A stretch of 64,000 bases of DNA from an uncultured Deferribacteres bacterium (GTDB lineage Bacteria; Zhuqueibacterota; Zhuqueibacteria; Zhuqueibacterales; Geothermadaptataceae). The stretch covers positions 1-64,000 of the forward strand of contig CAXHAT010000006.1 in assembly GCA_964014485.1 (NCBI GenBank), read 5' to 3'. Shown piece after piece: positions 26,249 through 37,000 of the stretch (positions are counted from its first letter, which is position 1; each line of letters starts with the position of its first letter). The position numbers and the translations under genes were made by a program. The notes below the pieces were generated by a model. That model made no database searches. It was given only the letters and a program-made list of their open reading frames with translations, and was not told the DNA's origin.

Positions 26249-27204
26249 CAGTAGGCGCCCTCCGTCGCTTTGGTTCGCCGAATCATGTTCACGCCGATAA
26301 GCAGTAAAATGAGAAAAATCACAATTGAAAGCGCCGCCGCGTAACCGTATTTGTAATAATTGAACACTTCTCGATAGACGTATGAGACGAGAATATGGGT
26401 CTGGTCCGCCGGTTTGCCGCCGTCGGAGACGAGCCAGATCACGTTGAAATTGTTGAATGTCCAGACGAAGCCGAGAGAGACCGCCGGGATCATGACCGGT
26501 TTCAGGAGCGGCAGAGTGATTTTTTTGAATTGCAGCCAGCGACTGGCGCCGTCCACGCGTGCGGCTTCGTAAAGTTCGTGGGGGATGGATTGTAGGCCGC
26601 CAAGCGCAACGATCATCATGAACGGAAAACCAAGCCAAATATTGGTGATCGTGGCCGCGGCGAACGCGCCTTCAGGAGTTGAGAGCCACTCGTAGGGCGG
26701 CGCCTGCAAAGCCAGGCCGGAGATTGAATTTATGAAATCGACGACCGGTTCAATTACTGATTTTGCTTCAACAAGCCAAAGGTTGATGGCGCCGTATCGA
26801 TGGTTGAACATGCCGCGCCAGGTTAACGCGACGATGTATTGCGGAATCGCCCAAGGCAAAATCAACAGCGTCCGAAAAATCGCCCGTCCTCTGAGCGGAC
26901 GGTTCAGAAGCATGGCCAGGAAAAGGCCGATGGTGACGTGGAAAAATACGTTGATGATCGTCCAGGCCAGCGTTTTCCAGAGCACGATGTAAAATCGCGG
27001 TTCGGAGAAAACAGCGATATATTGATCGAACCAGACGAAATCCCAATCGCGGAAATGCGTAAGGTTCATGTTCGAGAACGAGAGGACGACGTTATAAATA
27101 AAGGGGTAAATGACCACAAACCCCATGATCAAAAAGGAAGGGAGAATGTAGAAATAGGCGATCTTGTTCTGGCGGAAATTATCTCGCAGGTCGGCGTAGG
27201 TCAC
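26248..27204 (-). CDS. malF: Sugar ABC transporter permease, MalF-like
   Basis: LILPWAIP, WLGFPFMM, LQSIPHELYEAARVDGA. Confidence 0.88.
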   Translation of the reverse strand: MTYADLRDNFRQNKIAYFYILPSFLIMGFVVIYPFIYNVVLSFSNMNLTHFRDWDFVWFDQYIAVFSEPRFYIVLWKTLAWTIINVFFHVTIGLFLAMLLNRPLRGRAIFRTLLILPWAIPQYIVALTWRGMFNHRYGAINLWLVEAKSVIEPVVDFINSISGLALQAPPYEWLSTPEGAFAAATITNIWLGFPFMMIVALGGLQSIPHELYEAARVDGASRWLQFKKITLPLLKPVMIPAVSLGFVWTFNNFNVIWLVSDGGKPADQTHILVSYVYREVFNYYKYGYAAALSIVIFLILLLIGVNMIRRTKATEGAY

Positions 27205-27305
27205 GTTTATAATCGGTCTTGAAGATTGTTCTTTTTGATTGCTCTACATCACGGAAGTTATATATTGCTTCTCATCTAATTTTTGAACGTAAAATACACA
27301 AAATC

Positions 27306-27584
27306 ATGGCAGAAGCATTTTCCGTCATAACGGTTTCTCGATATTTCTCTGATTTCGTCAATCGAGTTGTCGAAAAAAAGGAACATTTCATTCTGCTCCG
27401 GGATCGGGAGCCGATTGCGGAATTGCGTCCCGTTTCGAGAAGCGGCAGGCTTGGCAAATTATCGGATTTGCTAGTATCATTGCCAAAAATTTCACCTGAA
27501 GAAGCGGAAGAATTTGCTGCTGATCTTGCCGATATTAAAAACGCTCTTTCCACTGAAAACCTTCGCGATCCATGGAGCTTTTAA
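27306..27584 (+). CDS. Phd/YefM-like antitoxin (orphan)
   Basis: SRYFSDFVNRV...FILLRDREPIAELRPV; ends DPWS as in many VapB/Phd antitoxins; no toxin follows. Confidence 0.7.
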   Translation: MAEAFSVITVSRYFSDFVNRVVEKKEHFILLRDREPIAELRPVSRSGRLGKLSDLLVSLPKISPEEAEEFAADLADIKNALSTENLRDPWSF

Positions 27585-27602
27585 CGGACTTTAACTCGAT
27601 AC

Positions 27603-28187
27603 TTAATTTCGACTGAACATTTTCATCAAAACTCCGCCCGTAACCGTGCCAAGAATCACGCCTCCCGCCAAAACTATCAAAATATAAAGAAGCGCGCCCA
27701 AGACGCCGGTGACATTAGAAACGAATCGCAATGAATCCGCAAGCGACGATGCTCCCCCAGCCAATGCCCAACCCGCGAAACCGGCAACCGGCCAAAGGTT
27801 CATTTTGGCGGATCGTCTTGGTAAAAGCCGCATCTGCAGCAAACCGGTTAAAAGTCCGCCAGCCGCGATGGAAATTGGCAGTGAGTAAGGCAATTTGTAA
27901 TTGAGAACTTTGAAAATATCAAAAACGACAAAGGGCGCGCCCATGCCAATCGCCGACATGGTTAGCCATTGTTTCGGAGAATCGAGCCAACCTTTCGCCG
28001 CCCGCCCTTGCATGAATCCAACGCCCGCCCCCATGCCGACACCGATCATAAACTGACTGCTTCCAACGCCGATCGCATCCCAGATGAGCACCAATCCAAT
28101 GACCAGAAAAAAGCCGATCACCCAGCCTAAAAAAGTGGCGCGAAGCCAGATGGAAAATGAAAATTTCTTTGCCTTTTCTCGCGTCAT
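27603..28187 (-). CDS. Hypothetical Gly-rich multi-pass membrane protein
   Basis: About 6 hydrophobic segments with repeated GxxxGxxQ. Confidence 0.7.
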   Translation of the reverse strand: MTREKAKKFSFSIWLRATFLGWVIGFFLVIGLVLIWDAIGVGSSQFMIGVGMGAGVGFMQGRAAKGWLDSPKQWLTMSAIGMGAPFVVFDIFKVLNYKLPYSLPISIAAGGLLTGLLQMRLLPRRSAKMNLWPVAGFAGWALAGGASSLADSLRFVSNVTGVLGALLYILIVLAGGVILGTVTGGVLMKMFSRN

Positions 28188-28251
28188 TTCTTCATCCTGT
28201 AAATCCGGTTGATCCAGTCAAAAACTTTAAGAAAAAAACTCCCGGTACGAT

Positions 28252-29490
28252 TTAGTTCAACATCTCACGAATCAATTTTTCCGCGTCCTTTTGCATTTTT
28301 TCGGCTGCCGCCGCCGGTGTGAGCGTGCCGTTTAAAACGGACTGATACGCCGGGCGCATCGCGTCCCAAATGGCGCGCATTTCAGGATCGATGGGCATGG
28401 AGCGGCCAACCAAAACCTGCTTCATAGAATTTTGCAAAATGACGTCGTGATCAAAAATCGGGTCGGCGAGCGCTTCTTTTCGGCTGGGGATGGCTTTGAG
28501 CTTTTTGGTGAATTCCAGTTCGACTTCCGGCGAAGTTAAGTAGCGTAAAAGCTGCAAAACGCGCTCTCGTTTTTCGTCGTTCAGATTGACGTTGAGCGAA
28601 TAACCCGTCGCCGAAACCATTGGCGTGGCCCAAAGTCCTGTCTCTGGCGTTTTCGGAATACGAGCCAGGCCAATGTCGACGCCGGCATCGATATACCCGC
28701 CCCACGACCACGGACCGTTGATGATCATGGCGGCGTTTTGGGTTTTGAAAAGCTGGTCGGCGATATTGAGATCGCATTCTTGCGGAATCACGCCGGCGTC
28801 GCGCAATTTCAAAATAAACTCACAAGCCGCGATCGTCGCTTCTGTGTTCAGCGTCGGCTGTGCGTTTTCATCCATGACCCAGCCGCCGTAGCCGCCAAGA
28901 AATGGAATGAAGAAAAACGGCTCAATGAAATTCCAGACGAGCGCATAGCTGTCGATCAAACCGTCGCCGTCCAGGTCTCTGGAAAAATCTTTGGCGAGCT
29001 CGAACAATTCATCCGTTGATTGCGGCGGCTCGGAGATCATTTTTTTATTGTAAACCAGCGTCAAATGATTACCAATGCGGTCGGCGAGCATGTAGAGACG
29101 GTCTTTATAATAAACCGTCGCCTTCTCGTCAAACCTGGCCAATTCTTCGGCGCTGAAATAGTCTTCCATCGGCGAGATTACCCCCATGATGTGAAACGGC
29201 CCGATCATGTCCGAAGGGCCGTAGAGCAAGTCCGGGCCAGAGCCGCCCAGCGCCGCAATCAGGTAATTGCTGCGCAATTCTTCGGTCTCGTAATAGCGCA
29301 ACTCAACGTGAACGCCCGAGTTCTCCGTCATGTACACGTCCAGCAGCGAATCGAGCACCGCACGGCCATGCGAAAAATCCTGCGTCCAGATGACAATGTC
29401 GTTTTCATCCCGCCGCCCGGTTCCAAACGCGAGCAAGAGAATGACAAGCCCTAGAAAAAGGCCAATAATTGCGAGGGTGAATTTTTGCAT
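28252..29490 (-). CDS. malE: Sugar ABC transporter substrate-binding protein (MalE-like)
   Basis: GPDL, LVYNKK, AAMIINGPW, MPIDPEMRAIW; N-terminal anchor. Confidence 0.88.
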   Translation of the reverse strand: MQKFTLAIIGLFLGLVILLLAFGTGRRDENDIVIWTQDFSHGRAVLDSLLDVYMTENSGVHVELRYYETEELRSNYLIAALGGSGPDLLYGPSDMIGPFHIMGVISPMEDYFSAEELARFDEKATVYYKDRLYMLADRIGNHLTLVYNKKMISEPPQSTDELFELAKDFSRDLDGDGLIDSYALVWNFIEPFFFIPFLGGYGGWVMDENAQPTLNTEATIAACEFILKLRDAGVIPQECDLNIADQLFKTQNAAMIINGPWSWGGYIDAGVDIGLARIPKTPETGLWATPMVSATGYSLNVNLNDEKRERVLQLLRYLTSPEVELEFTKKLKAIPSRKEALADPIFDHDVILQNSMKQVLVGRSMPIDPEMRAIWDAMRPAYQSVLNGTLTPAAAAEKMQKDAEKLIREMLN

Positions 29491-29587
29491 GGTTCTGTGA
29501 GAAGATCGTATCAGCAGTTTTGTGTGGCAATATATCTTGAGAGGCAGGCTTATGCAAGCGAATTCATTGGGTAAGGATACTCATGGT

Positions 29588-29613
29588 GCGAGACGTGAGG
29601 TCTCACGTCTCGC
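29588..29613. repeat. REP-like palindrome
   Basis: GCGAGACGTGAG-GT-CTCACGTCTCGC; shares GAGACG/CGTCTC arms with 1762-1789. Confidence 0.65.
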
Positions 29614-29618
29614 TATGC

Positions 29619-30968
29619 TCAACGAATAAGCAAAAATTTGCGCTGAGCGATGAAATCTTTTGTTTGCAAACGGTAGAAATATATTCCGCTGGACAAGCGT
29701 TCCGCATCAAAAATGAATTCGTGCAGCCCGGGGGCGACGGACTCGTCTAACAGGGTTGAGATTTCCCTTCCTCGACTGTCGAAGACTGAGAGCGTTACGT
29801 GAGACGTTTGCGGAAGCGTGAAGGCAATTATTGTTGAAGGGTTGAACGGGTTGGGGTAGTTTTGCAGTAAAGCATATTCTGCCGGCAGTTTTTCCCCCTG
29901 TTCGTTGAGAACGGTGGTCGGAACGTCTATTTGAAAACCACCTTCGCCGTTCGTTGCATCAGTTTGCAGCACTCCGTCGGAAGCCGTCACTCGCCAATTT
30001 ACGGTTTGCAGTCCGCTCACGAACGGATATATCCCAAAGTTTAGACTGTAGCTTGTGTCTTGCAGCGCAACAAAAGAAGTGTCAATTCCTGCAGCGCTGA
30101 CATCCAGGGAGTAAGTGATCGGCTCCCCGTCTACATCGTTTGATTTCGCCCATTTAAATTCAATGGCGGTGTGCGGCTGCGTGCTGCTGTCCGCCGGTAA
30201 CAAGCGAGCAAACTCTCCTGGATGGTCGTTCACCGGCGCCACAACGACGATGACGGAATCGATGCCGGAAGCGCCGGCACTGTCCGAAGCGGTAAAATGA
30301 ATTTGCTCAGCGCCATGCCAATTCGCGCTAGCAAAAATCAGCGCCGTACGAGCGCCGGCGTCAATCTGAGCATTTACGTTAAGACCGCCGGACATTTGCC
30401 AAGTTAACGAACCGTCCGTATTGTTGGGATCGCTTACCACTTCGTCAAGACTGAGCGTCAGCGAGCCGTCTTCCGGAAAATTCACCGTATCCGGCAACGA
30501 AACGACCGGGGCCGGGTTTGAAACGCCGTTGAGCATTTCAATCACTGAATAAAGCCCGTTTTCGAACGTTCCGTCGCCAACAGAAAAGCTCACTTCAGCA
30601 TCCATCTCTAAATCGCTGCTGGCGTCATACACTCGGAAATGCATGATCTCACCCGAAAGATAACCATCGATTTCCGGCGTTTGCGGATCATCTTTCCAGG
30701 CGGCAAGGGCGACTTGCGTGGACGAATCTGGCGCAACGCTCCCAACGCAAACGCCTCCCGGCGTCAAAACGGCGATTTCGTCTCCGGGCTGCAAGGGCTG
30801 ACCGTCAATGGCGGCTTGCTCGATGACAATACTGTAGGATGATTCGGTGTTGGCAATGCAGTTAAAGTGCGTTTGTGCGTAGCTCTTTGAGAAAAACATG
30901 AACAAACACAAGGTTCCGGCAAGCCTTGAATAAATGCTGTATGTCGCTGCTTTTTTCATAGAGTTCAT
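29619..30968 (-). CDS. Secreted protein: GDEI...AWxDD domain, cadherin/Ig-like domains and T9SS/FlgD C-terminal domain
   Basis: Signal peptide; NPAPVVSLPDTVNFPEDG cadherin-like; LLQNYPNPFNP...SGIYFYRL. Confidence 0.85.
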   Translation of the reverse strand: MNSMKKAATYSIYSRLAGTLCLFMFFSKSYAQTHFNCIANTESSYSIVIEQAAIDGQPLQPGDEIAVLTPGGVCVGSVAPDSSTQVALAAWKDDPQTPEIDGYLSGEIMHFRVYDASSDLEMDAEVSFSVGDGTFENGLYSVIEMLNGVSNPAPVVSLPDTVNFPEDGSLTLSLDEVVSDPNNTDGSLTWQMSGGLNVNAQIDAGARTALIFASANWHGAEQIHFTASDSAGASGIDSVIVVVAPVNDHPGEFARLLPADSSTQPHTAIEFKWAKSNDVDGEPITYSLDVSAAGIDTSFVALQDTSYSLNFGIYPFVSGLQTVNWRVTASDGVLQTDATNGEGGFQIDVPTTVLNEQGEKLPAEYALLQNYPNPFNPSTIIAFTLPQTSHVTLSVFDSRGREISTLLDESVAPGLHEFIFDAERLSSGIYFYRLQTKDFIAQRKFLLIR

Positions 30969-30979
30969 TCTCCTTCAAT

Positions 30980-31014
30980 AAAAAACTGCTCCTCATTTGA
31001 ATGAGAGAGCAGTT
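30980..31014 (-). terminator. Intrinsic terminator between the S8 protease gene and the downstream gene
   Basis: Minus strand AACTGCTCTCTCATTCAAATGAGGAGCAGTTTTTT; a second hairpin CGCCGCGCATT-TCTGT-AATGCGCGGCG at 31067-31093. Confidence 0.6.
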
Positions 31015-31099
31015 CACAAAAGATAGTTTTTATTTAAACGACTGATGCAACTAGATGGCATGACAACGCCGCGCATTTCTGTAATGCGCGGCGCCGACA

Positions 31100-34000
31100 T
31101 TATTTAAGCAAAAGCATACGTTTTTGGAGCACGGTGTTTTTTCCTGTCCGCATTCTGTAAAAATATATGCCGCTGGCGACTCTTACTCCATGGTCATTGG
31201 TCGCATTCCAGATAATTTGGTGGTAGCCGCTTTCGTAATCGGCGTCGACCAGCGTGCGTACGCGTTGTCCCAGAACGTTGTGAACGGTAATGAATACACG
31301 GCCCGCTTCCGGCATTCCGAACGTTATGCGCGTTTCCGGGTTGAACGGGTTCGGGTAGTTCTGTTCCAGTAAGTAGCTGTCGGGGATTTCCACAGTGTTC
31401 AGCTTAACAACGGCATAAGAGCCTTCGCCGAACACGTTTTCACCATGACTGAAATCCGCTTCAGCTTCGATTTCTTCGCCTTTGTTGGTTCGCCAAATAC
31501 GAAAAACCATTCTTTCGCCTTGACGATAGCCGTCGACTTCTTCAGTCTGAGGGTCATCCGCCCATGCAGCAATGGGAATCGCGCTTTCCGCGACCCATGC
31601 CGCCGCGCCAACCAAGAGGCCGGCGTCTGTAAAAACGCCGATTTCATCTCCGTCTTCCAGACGTAACTGGTTCGATTCAACGGCTTCAATCACGATGCTG
31701 AAGCTTTCACCGCCTTTGCGTGCGGCAACAAAGTGCTGCGACGTTCTATGCGCTGTGAACGTCGGCGTCGCTCCGCGTTTTGTTTTCGCGAAAATGGCTG
31801 CGGCGGTGTTGGTCGGATAAATCAGCGTGTCCAAAGCCCCCATGTTCATCTGATAACCTTCTCCAGGATTCATAGTTGGGAGCGAATTAATAATCCCTGG
31901 AATCGTGAAGTTGCCGTCTTCGTCTTTGATGATATTTAAATTTGCCCAAACGCTCGCGAGAGCGACTTCGGTAGCGAGAGCCGTCTTGGGCAAATAGCCT
32001 GGGCAACTCCAGCCTGGTGAAAGGAAAATCGGCGTATCGACCGCTATTTCCTTGCCGTCGACAATCAAGGTGTCGGGCGCTTGCATATTCAGAATATAGG
32101 ACTCCAGGGCGCTAATCGATTGTATCTGGTTAATCACGCCGGGGATCCAGAAGCTTCCCGCACAATCTTTGAGAATATTCAGATTGTTGACGACGTCTTT
32201 GAATACACTATCAGGGCTGGGTTGCGTTGGACGAACATTCAGAGAAATCCAATCCCATCCTTGCCGCAGCGGGATAACTTGTCGTACCGTGGATTTGGCT
32301 TCTAACAAGGAAAGCCTGCTGAACAAATCCGTACCAAACTTCCCGTCACCCGCAGTATAAGTCGCCGACGCCGGAAAATCTTCATTCTCGCCCGAACTGT
32401 GATCGAATACGCGGAAAGACATTTCCTCGCCGGGAATAAACCCGTCGATTTCGGACGTTTGCTGATCGTCTTCCCAAGCAGTTAATCCCAGCGGCCAATT
32501 GCCGTCGACCACTGCGGCGCCGACGCACAAGCCAGCCGGAGTAAACACGCCGACCTCATCGCAATTTGTTAAATCCATCCCGTCGAGAACGGCCTTGTCA
32601 ATAACAAGGGCATAGCTGTTACCGGTATTTGCGGTAAAGGTGAAGTGACTTGGTTCCAGACAAAGAGGCGTTGTAACAAGCTTGGTCGGGATTTCCGGGG
32701 AACGGTTTGTCGGATCATCGTTGTCGATTTCAATATCAGCGAAATAGGTAGAGTCGTTAACCAAGCCAGTCGCATTGAAGGTGACTTCAATTTGTGCAGC
32801 TTCGCCGGGAGCAAGCGCTCCGGCGGTTGGGCTAAAGCTTAACCAGGGCGCGGGGCCTCTTCCGCTTAACCAATCAAAAGTTTGGTTTGCAAAAAGCTGG
32901 TTTTCTGCGCCGATGATGATGTTGTTGCTGAAGTTTTCTCCCGCCATCGCCATGATTTTTCCAGCGCCGACTTCCGAATAGACAACGTTAGGAGCGCCAA
33001 AAGTATTCAGAATCAACTGGCCAGCGGGAGTTGTAGCGGCAATTGTCGCTGACGGGTTAAAAAGGATTGAAAAACTTTCGACATTCCTTGTCGTCTGGTG
33101 CGGGAAAATATTTGTCGTTATTCCGCCGCCGCCAAAGCTTGAAAAATATGTGAGTCCGGCCCCTGAAGGCAGCAGTTTGTTGTATGCCGATACGGTTGAC
33201 GAATTGTCCCCTTCAAGCATCAAGCCGCCGCCGTCGTTAAGCCAATTTTGCACGGCGGAAATTTGCCCCGTCGTCCAATTATCAAAACAATCGGCGGTCC
33301 ACAAAACGTCGAATTGCTGTAATGACGACGCTGTTATCGGAGCAAAACTTTCGATAACCAGGGCGCCGCGCGTCTGTAAATCGGTCACCAAGGTTGACCA
33401 TCCTACGAATCCAGGTTGGCCGTGAGATCGATCCCAGAGAATGCGCACGCCGGACAAGTTTTGCAGCAACGCAGTGATTGGCTCTACCTGTTTGTGCTCT
33501 TCACTTCCCGTTTCGCCGAAAGCCGCCGCCGAACGGTGCGGCAAGGTGAGCGTATAGCTCTGCAACAGACTTTGCGAGTTTTCAGCAACGACGCTGCTTG
33601 AAACGTCAAAGTGCAGCGTGTCTTCCCCAGTATTGCTTACGGTGAAGCTTGTCATGGTGCTGTCGCCGGGGGGCAAGTTGGCCATAAGTGAATCAGGCGC
33701 TGTAACGACAATTGTTGGCGAGCGTTTAAATGCAATATTGTCGATGTACCATCTGTCGCTGGTGTTATTGGCTTCGCTCACAAACCGCACCTTAAAACGC
33801 TCATGATACGCCGCCGCGGGCAGCAGCACTTCATTTCTTTGATAGCTCGAGGCTTCAAAAGCGTTGCCGTCATGGCGTTCAAGCTCAACCCAGGATGAGC
33901 CGTCGAAATAGGAAACCACTAAATCATCGCCTGTTTCCGTGAAATCGTTTTGATGAAAATAGCGCAGCACGGTTTTCGTTTCGCCGGCAAGGTCGAACTC

Positions 34001-37000
34001 TCGCGACTCAATGCCGTCGCCGGACGATCCGCCCTTGAGCTCTAACGACAAGGGAGCGCTCGGTTCATTCTGACCAAACGAGTTTATCACAGGAGCGCCG
34101 CTTGCCACAGTCCAAAGCGTATCGTTCAGCGTGTTTGTCGGGAAAATCTCCGTGATTGGAATTTGTCGTCTTGCGCCAAACGAAGTCGAGCTCGCCGTTT
34201 GCGTGCGGACAAATGCTGTATTTCCGCTTGATGCTATTTCGATAACCCCGACATCCGTTTGGTTAAACAGCGCGCCGCCTGGAACGGCGACCCGCATCAG
34301 CACTTCAACTTCGCTCTTTGAAGCAACAGGGCCTGTATTGGTTATTTCCGTCGTCCCTGTCGCATCGTAAAAGGCGGCGGGCCAAGAATTGCCTGAAACG
34401 GTAAGGTCATAGCTGTCACTCAGTTGGCCATAATTTTTTAGGCTGATCTGAAAATTCAGCGTGTCGCCTGCGTAGCCGAAAGCCTGTTGATCATCGGAAA
34501 GCAGGACGAAATAGTAATCTTCCGGAGTGATTGTCAGTGCAGCGGGAATTGACGGATCGGCGGCAAGATCATTATTCGCAATATCTATGATCCGGTAATA
34601 AGTGCTGTCCGGAATCAGATCGACGGCTCTGATTTTGACCGCGACTTCCGTGCTGTCCTCGGGCGTAATCACGCCCGTTTCCGGTTCAAAGCTGAGCCAA
34701 GAAGGGGAACCGTCCGCGCTTAACCAATCGAAAACCTGATTAGCGAACAATTGATTATCAGCAACCCCAATGCTGCTGTTGATGAAATTTTCGTTCGCCA
34801 TAGCGATAACCCGCCCTGCACCGATTTCCGCATATGCGACGTCAATGGCGCCGCCGACGTCAGCAATCAATTCTCCCGCCGGTGAATTGACAATGATTGT
34901 TGCAAAAACGTTTGAGGTGAGGAAAAAACTGTTTACCCCGCTTGTGGTTTCGTGCGGAGATATATTCGTCGTTACTCCGCTAAAACCATTGAAGGTCGAA
35001 AATTGGATTCCCGAACCTGAGGGCAGCAGGCTGTTATAAGCAAGAACGCTCGAATCATTGTCACCTTCTAACAGCAATCCGCCGCCGGCCGTCAGCCAGT
35101 TCCGAACAGCATTGATTTCACTGGCCGTCCAGGTGTTATTACAATCCGTTGTCCAGATAATATCATAATTGCTCAAGAGTGCCGGAGTGATCGGCGAAAA
35201 GTTCTGGGTGACCGTCGCCCCGCGAGAAGTCAAGTCGTTGACCAGTGTTGTCCAACTGGAAAAATCGACTTGACCGTGAGAGCGGTCCCACAAAATTTTA
35301 ACGCCCGATATGTTCTGCAAAACAGCGGAAACAGCTTCAGTTCTTATCTCGTGTTCGATGACGCCGCCATCCGGATCGGCGGAAAGTTTGTGAGGAGTCG
35401 TCAGTTGGTAGAGCTGCATTTCGTTTTGCAACGCACTCGAAACGGCGCGGCTGGAAAATTGGAAAGTCAAATCGCCGCCGCCTGCGTTCCCAAGCGTGAT
35501 TGTTTGTGTGCTGCTGTCACCCAATGACAAACTTGCACTAATGGTATCAGGAGCGGTCACGACCAATGTCGGTGATCGTTCCAAAGCAATGTCATCGACA
35601 AACCATTCATCACCCGTCTGATTGGCTTCGCTGACAAATCGCAATTTGAAGCGTGTATGGAAAGCTGCGAAGGGAAGAAGCAATTCATTGCGCTGATAGC
35701 TCGAAGGTTCAAATGCGTTGCCGTCATGGCGTGCAAGCTCAATCCAGGATGAACCGTTGAAGTAAGAAACGACGAGATCGTCGCCGATTTCCGTGAAGTC
35801 GTTTTGGTAAGAATAACGCAAAACGACTTTCGTTTCGCCGGAAAGGTCGAACTCCCGCGAATCAACGCCGTCGCCCTGCGCTCCGCCTTTAAGTTCCAGC
35901 GAGAAGGGCGGGCTGGGCTCGTTTTCGCCTTGCTGATTAATGCTTGGCGAGCCCGACTTTACCGTCCATAACATATCGTTTAACACATCCGTTGGGAAAG
36001 TCTCCGTAATCGGAATTTGCATTCTTGCGCCAAACGAAGTCGAAGTCGTGGTCAAAGTACGGGCGAGCGCCGCATTACCGCTTGACGTAATTTCAATCGC
36101 CCCAACGTCGGATTGATTGAAAAGCGCTCCGCTTGGAACGGCAACTCTCAAGAGCACTTCGATTTCGCTTTTCGAAGCGACAGAACCGGTATTGGTTATC
36201 TCCGCCGCTCCCGTCACGTCGTAGAACGCTGCCGGCCATGCATTGCCCGAAACGGCAAGATCGTAGCTGTCGCTGAGCTGACCGTAGTTTTTGAGTTTAA
36301 CGAAATAGTCGAGCGTATCGCCAACGTAGCCGGAAGCTTGCTGGTCGCTGGAAAGCAGAACGAAGTAAAAATCAATTGGATTAACGGTTAACGATGCCGG
36401 AATAGTCACCACCGTGTCGGGTGCATTGCTGGTGATTCGAACGGTTCGCTGGTAAGTGCTGTCAGGAATCAGGTCAACAGCGCTTATTTTGGCGTCGATA
36501 ATCGTGCTGTCGTTTTGAGGAATTGTACCGGAAGTCGGCGCAAAAGTCAGCCAATCATTCGTGGCGGCTCCGCCAACCCAGCTCAAGGCGTTTGTCAACA
36601 ATTTCACGCCGTCCGTCGAAGCGTTCCAGAAATCGAACCTTGCATCGTTTGAAGGCGGGTAAAAGCCCAAATCCGCACGGTTATGTCCATTGACAATTTT
36701 CGTCGCCACGAGGATTCTTCCGTCGCTCCAATCCGCTACCCGCGTCGCACCTGAAGCTAAAACGCCGGTTGTCTGATAGCTGGAAGACCCGCCGTCAAAT
36801 ATACTCACACTCTCCATGATTGGATGGCCGGAATCATGGACGGTTCCAAGAAATCTTCTGACCCCTTGCGCTTGCCCAGCAGGTTCAATTGCGTAATACC
36901 CACCGCTAAGAAACCGTCCGTTTAATATCCAGGGTTGTCCGCCGCCGCCGCTTCCGCTGCCGGTTACAAACAATCCTGTGACAAGCCCGCCTCCGGCGTC

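Noticed and set aside
26249..26638. N-terminal extension of the 411-aa ORF 25403-26638
   Set aside because: Overlaps malF in another frame; the real start is ATG 26248 (TGATG coupling).
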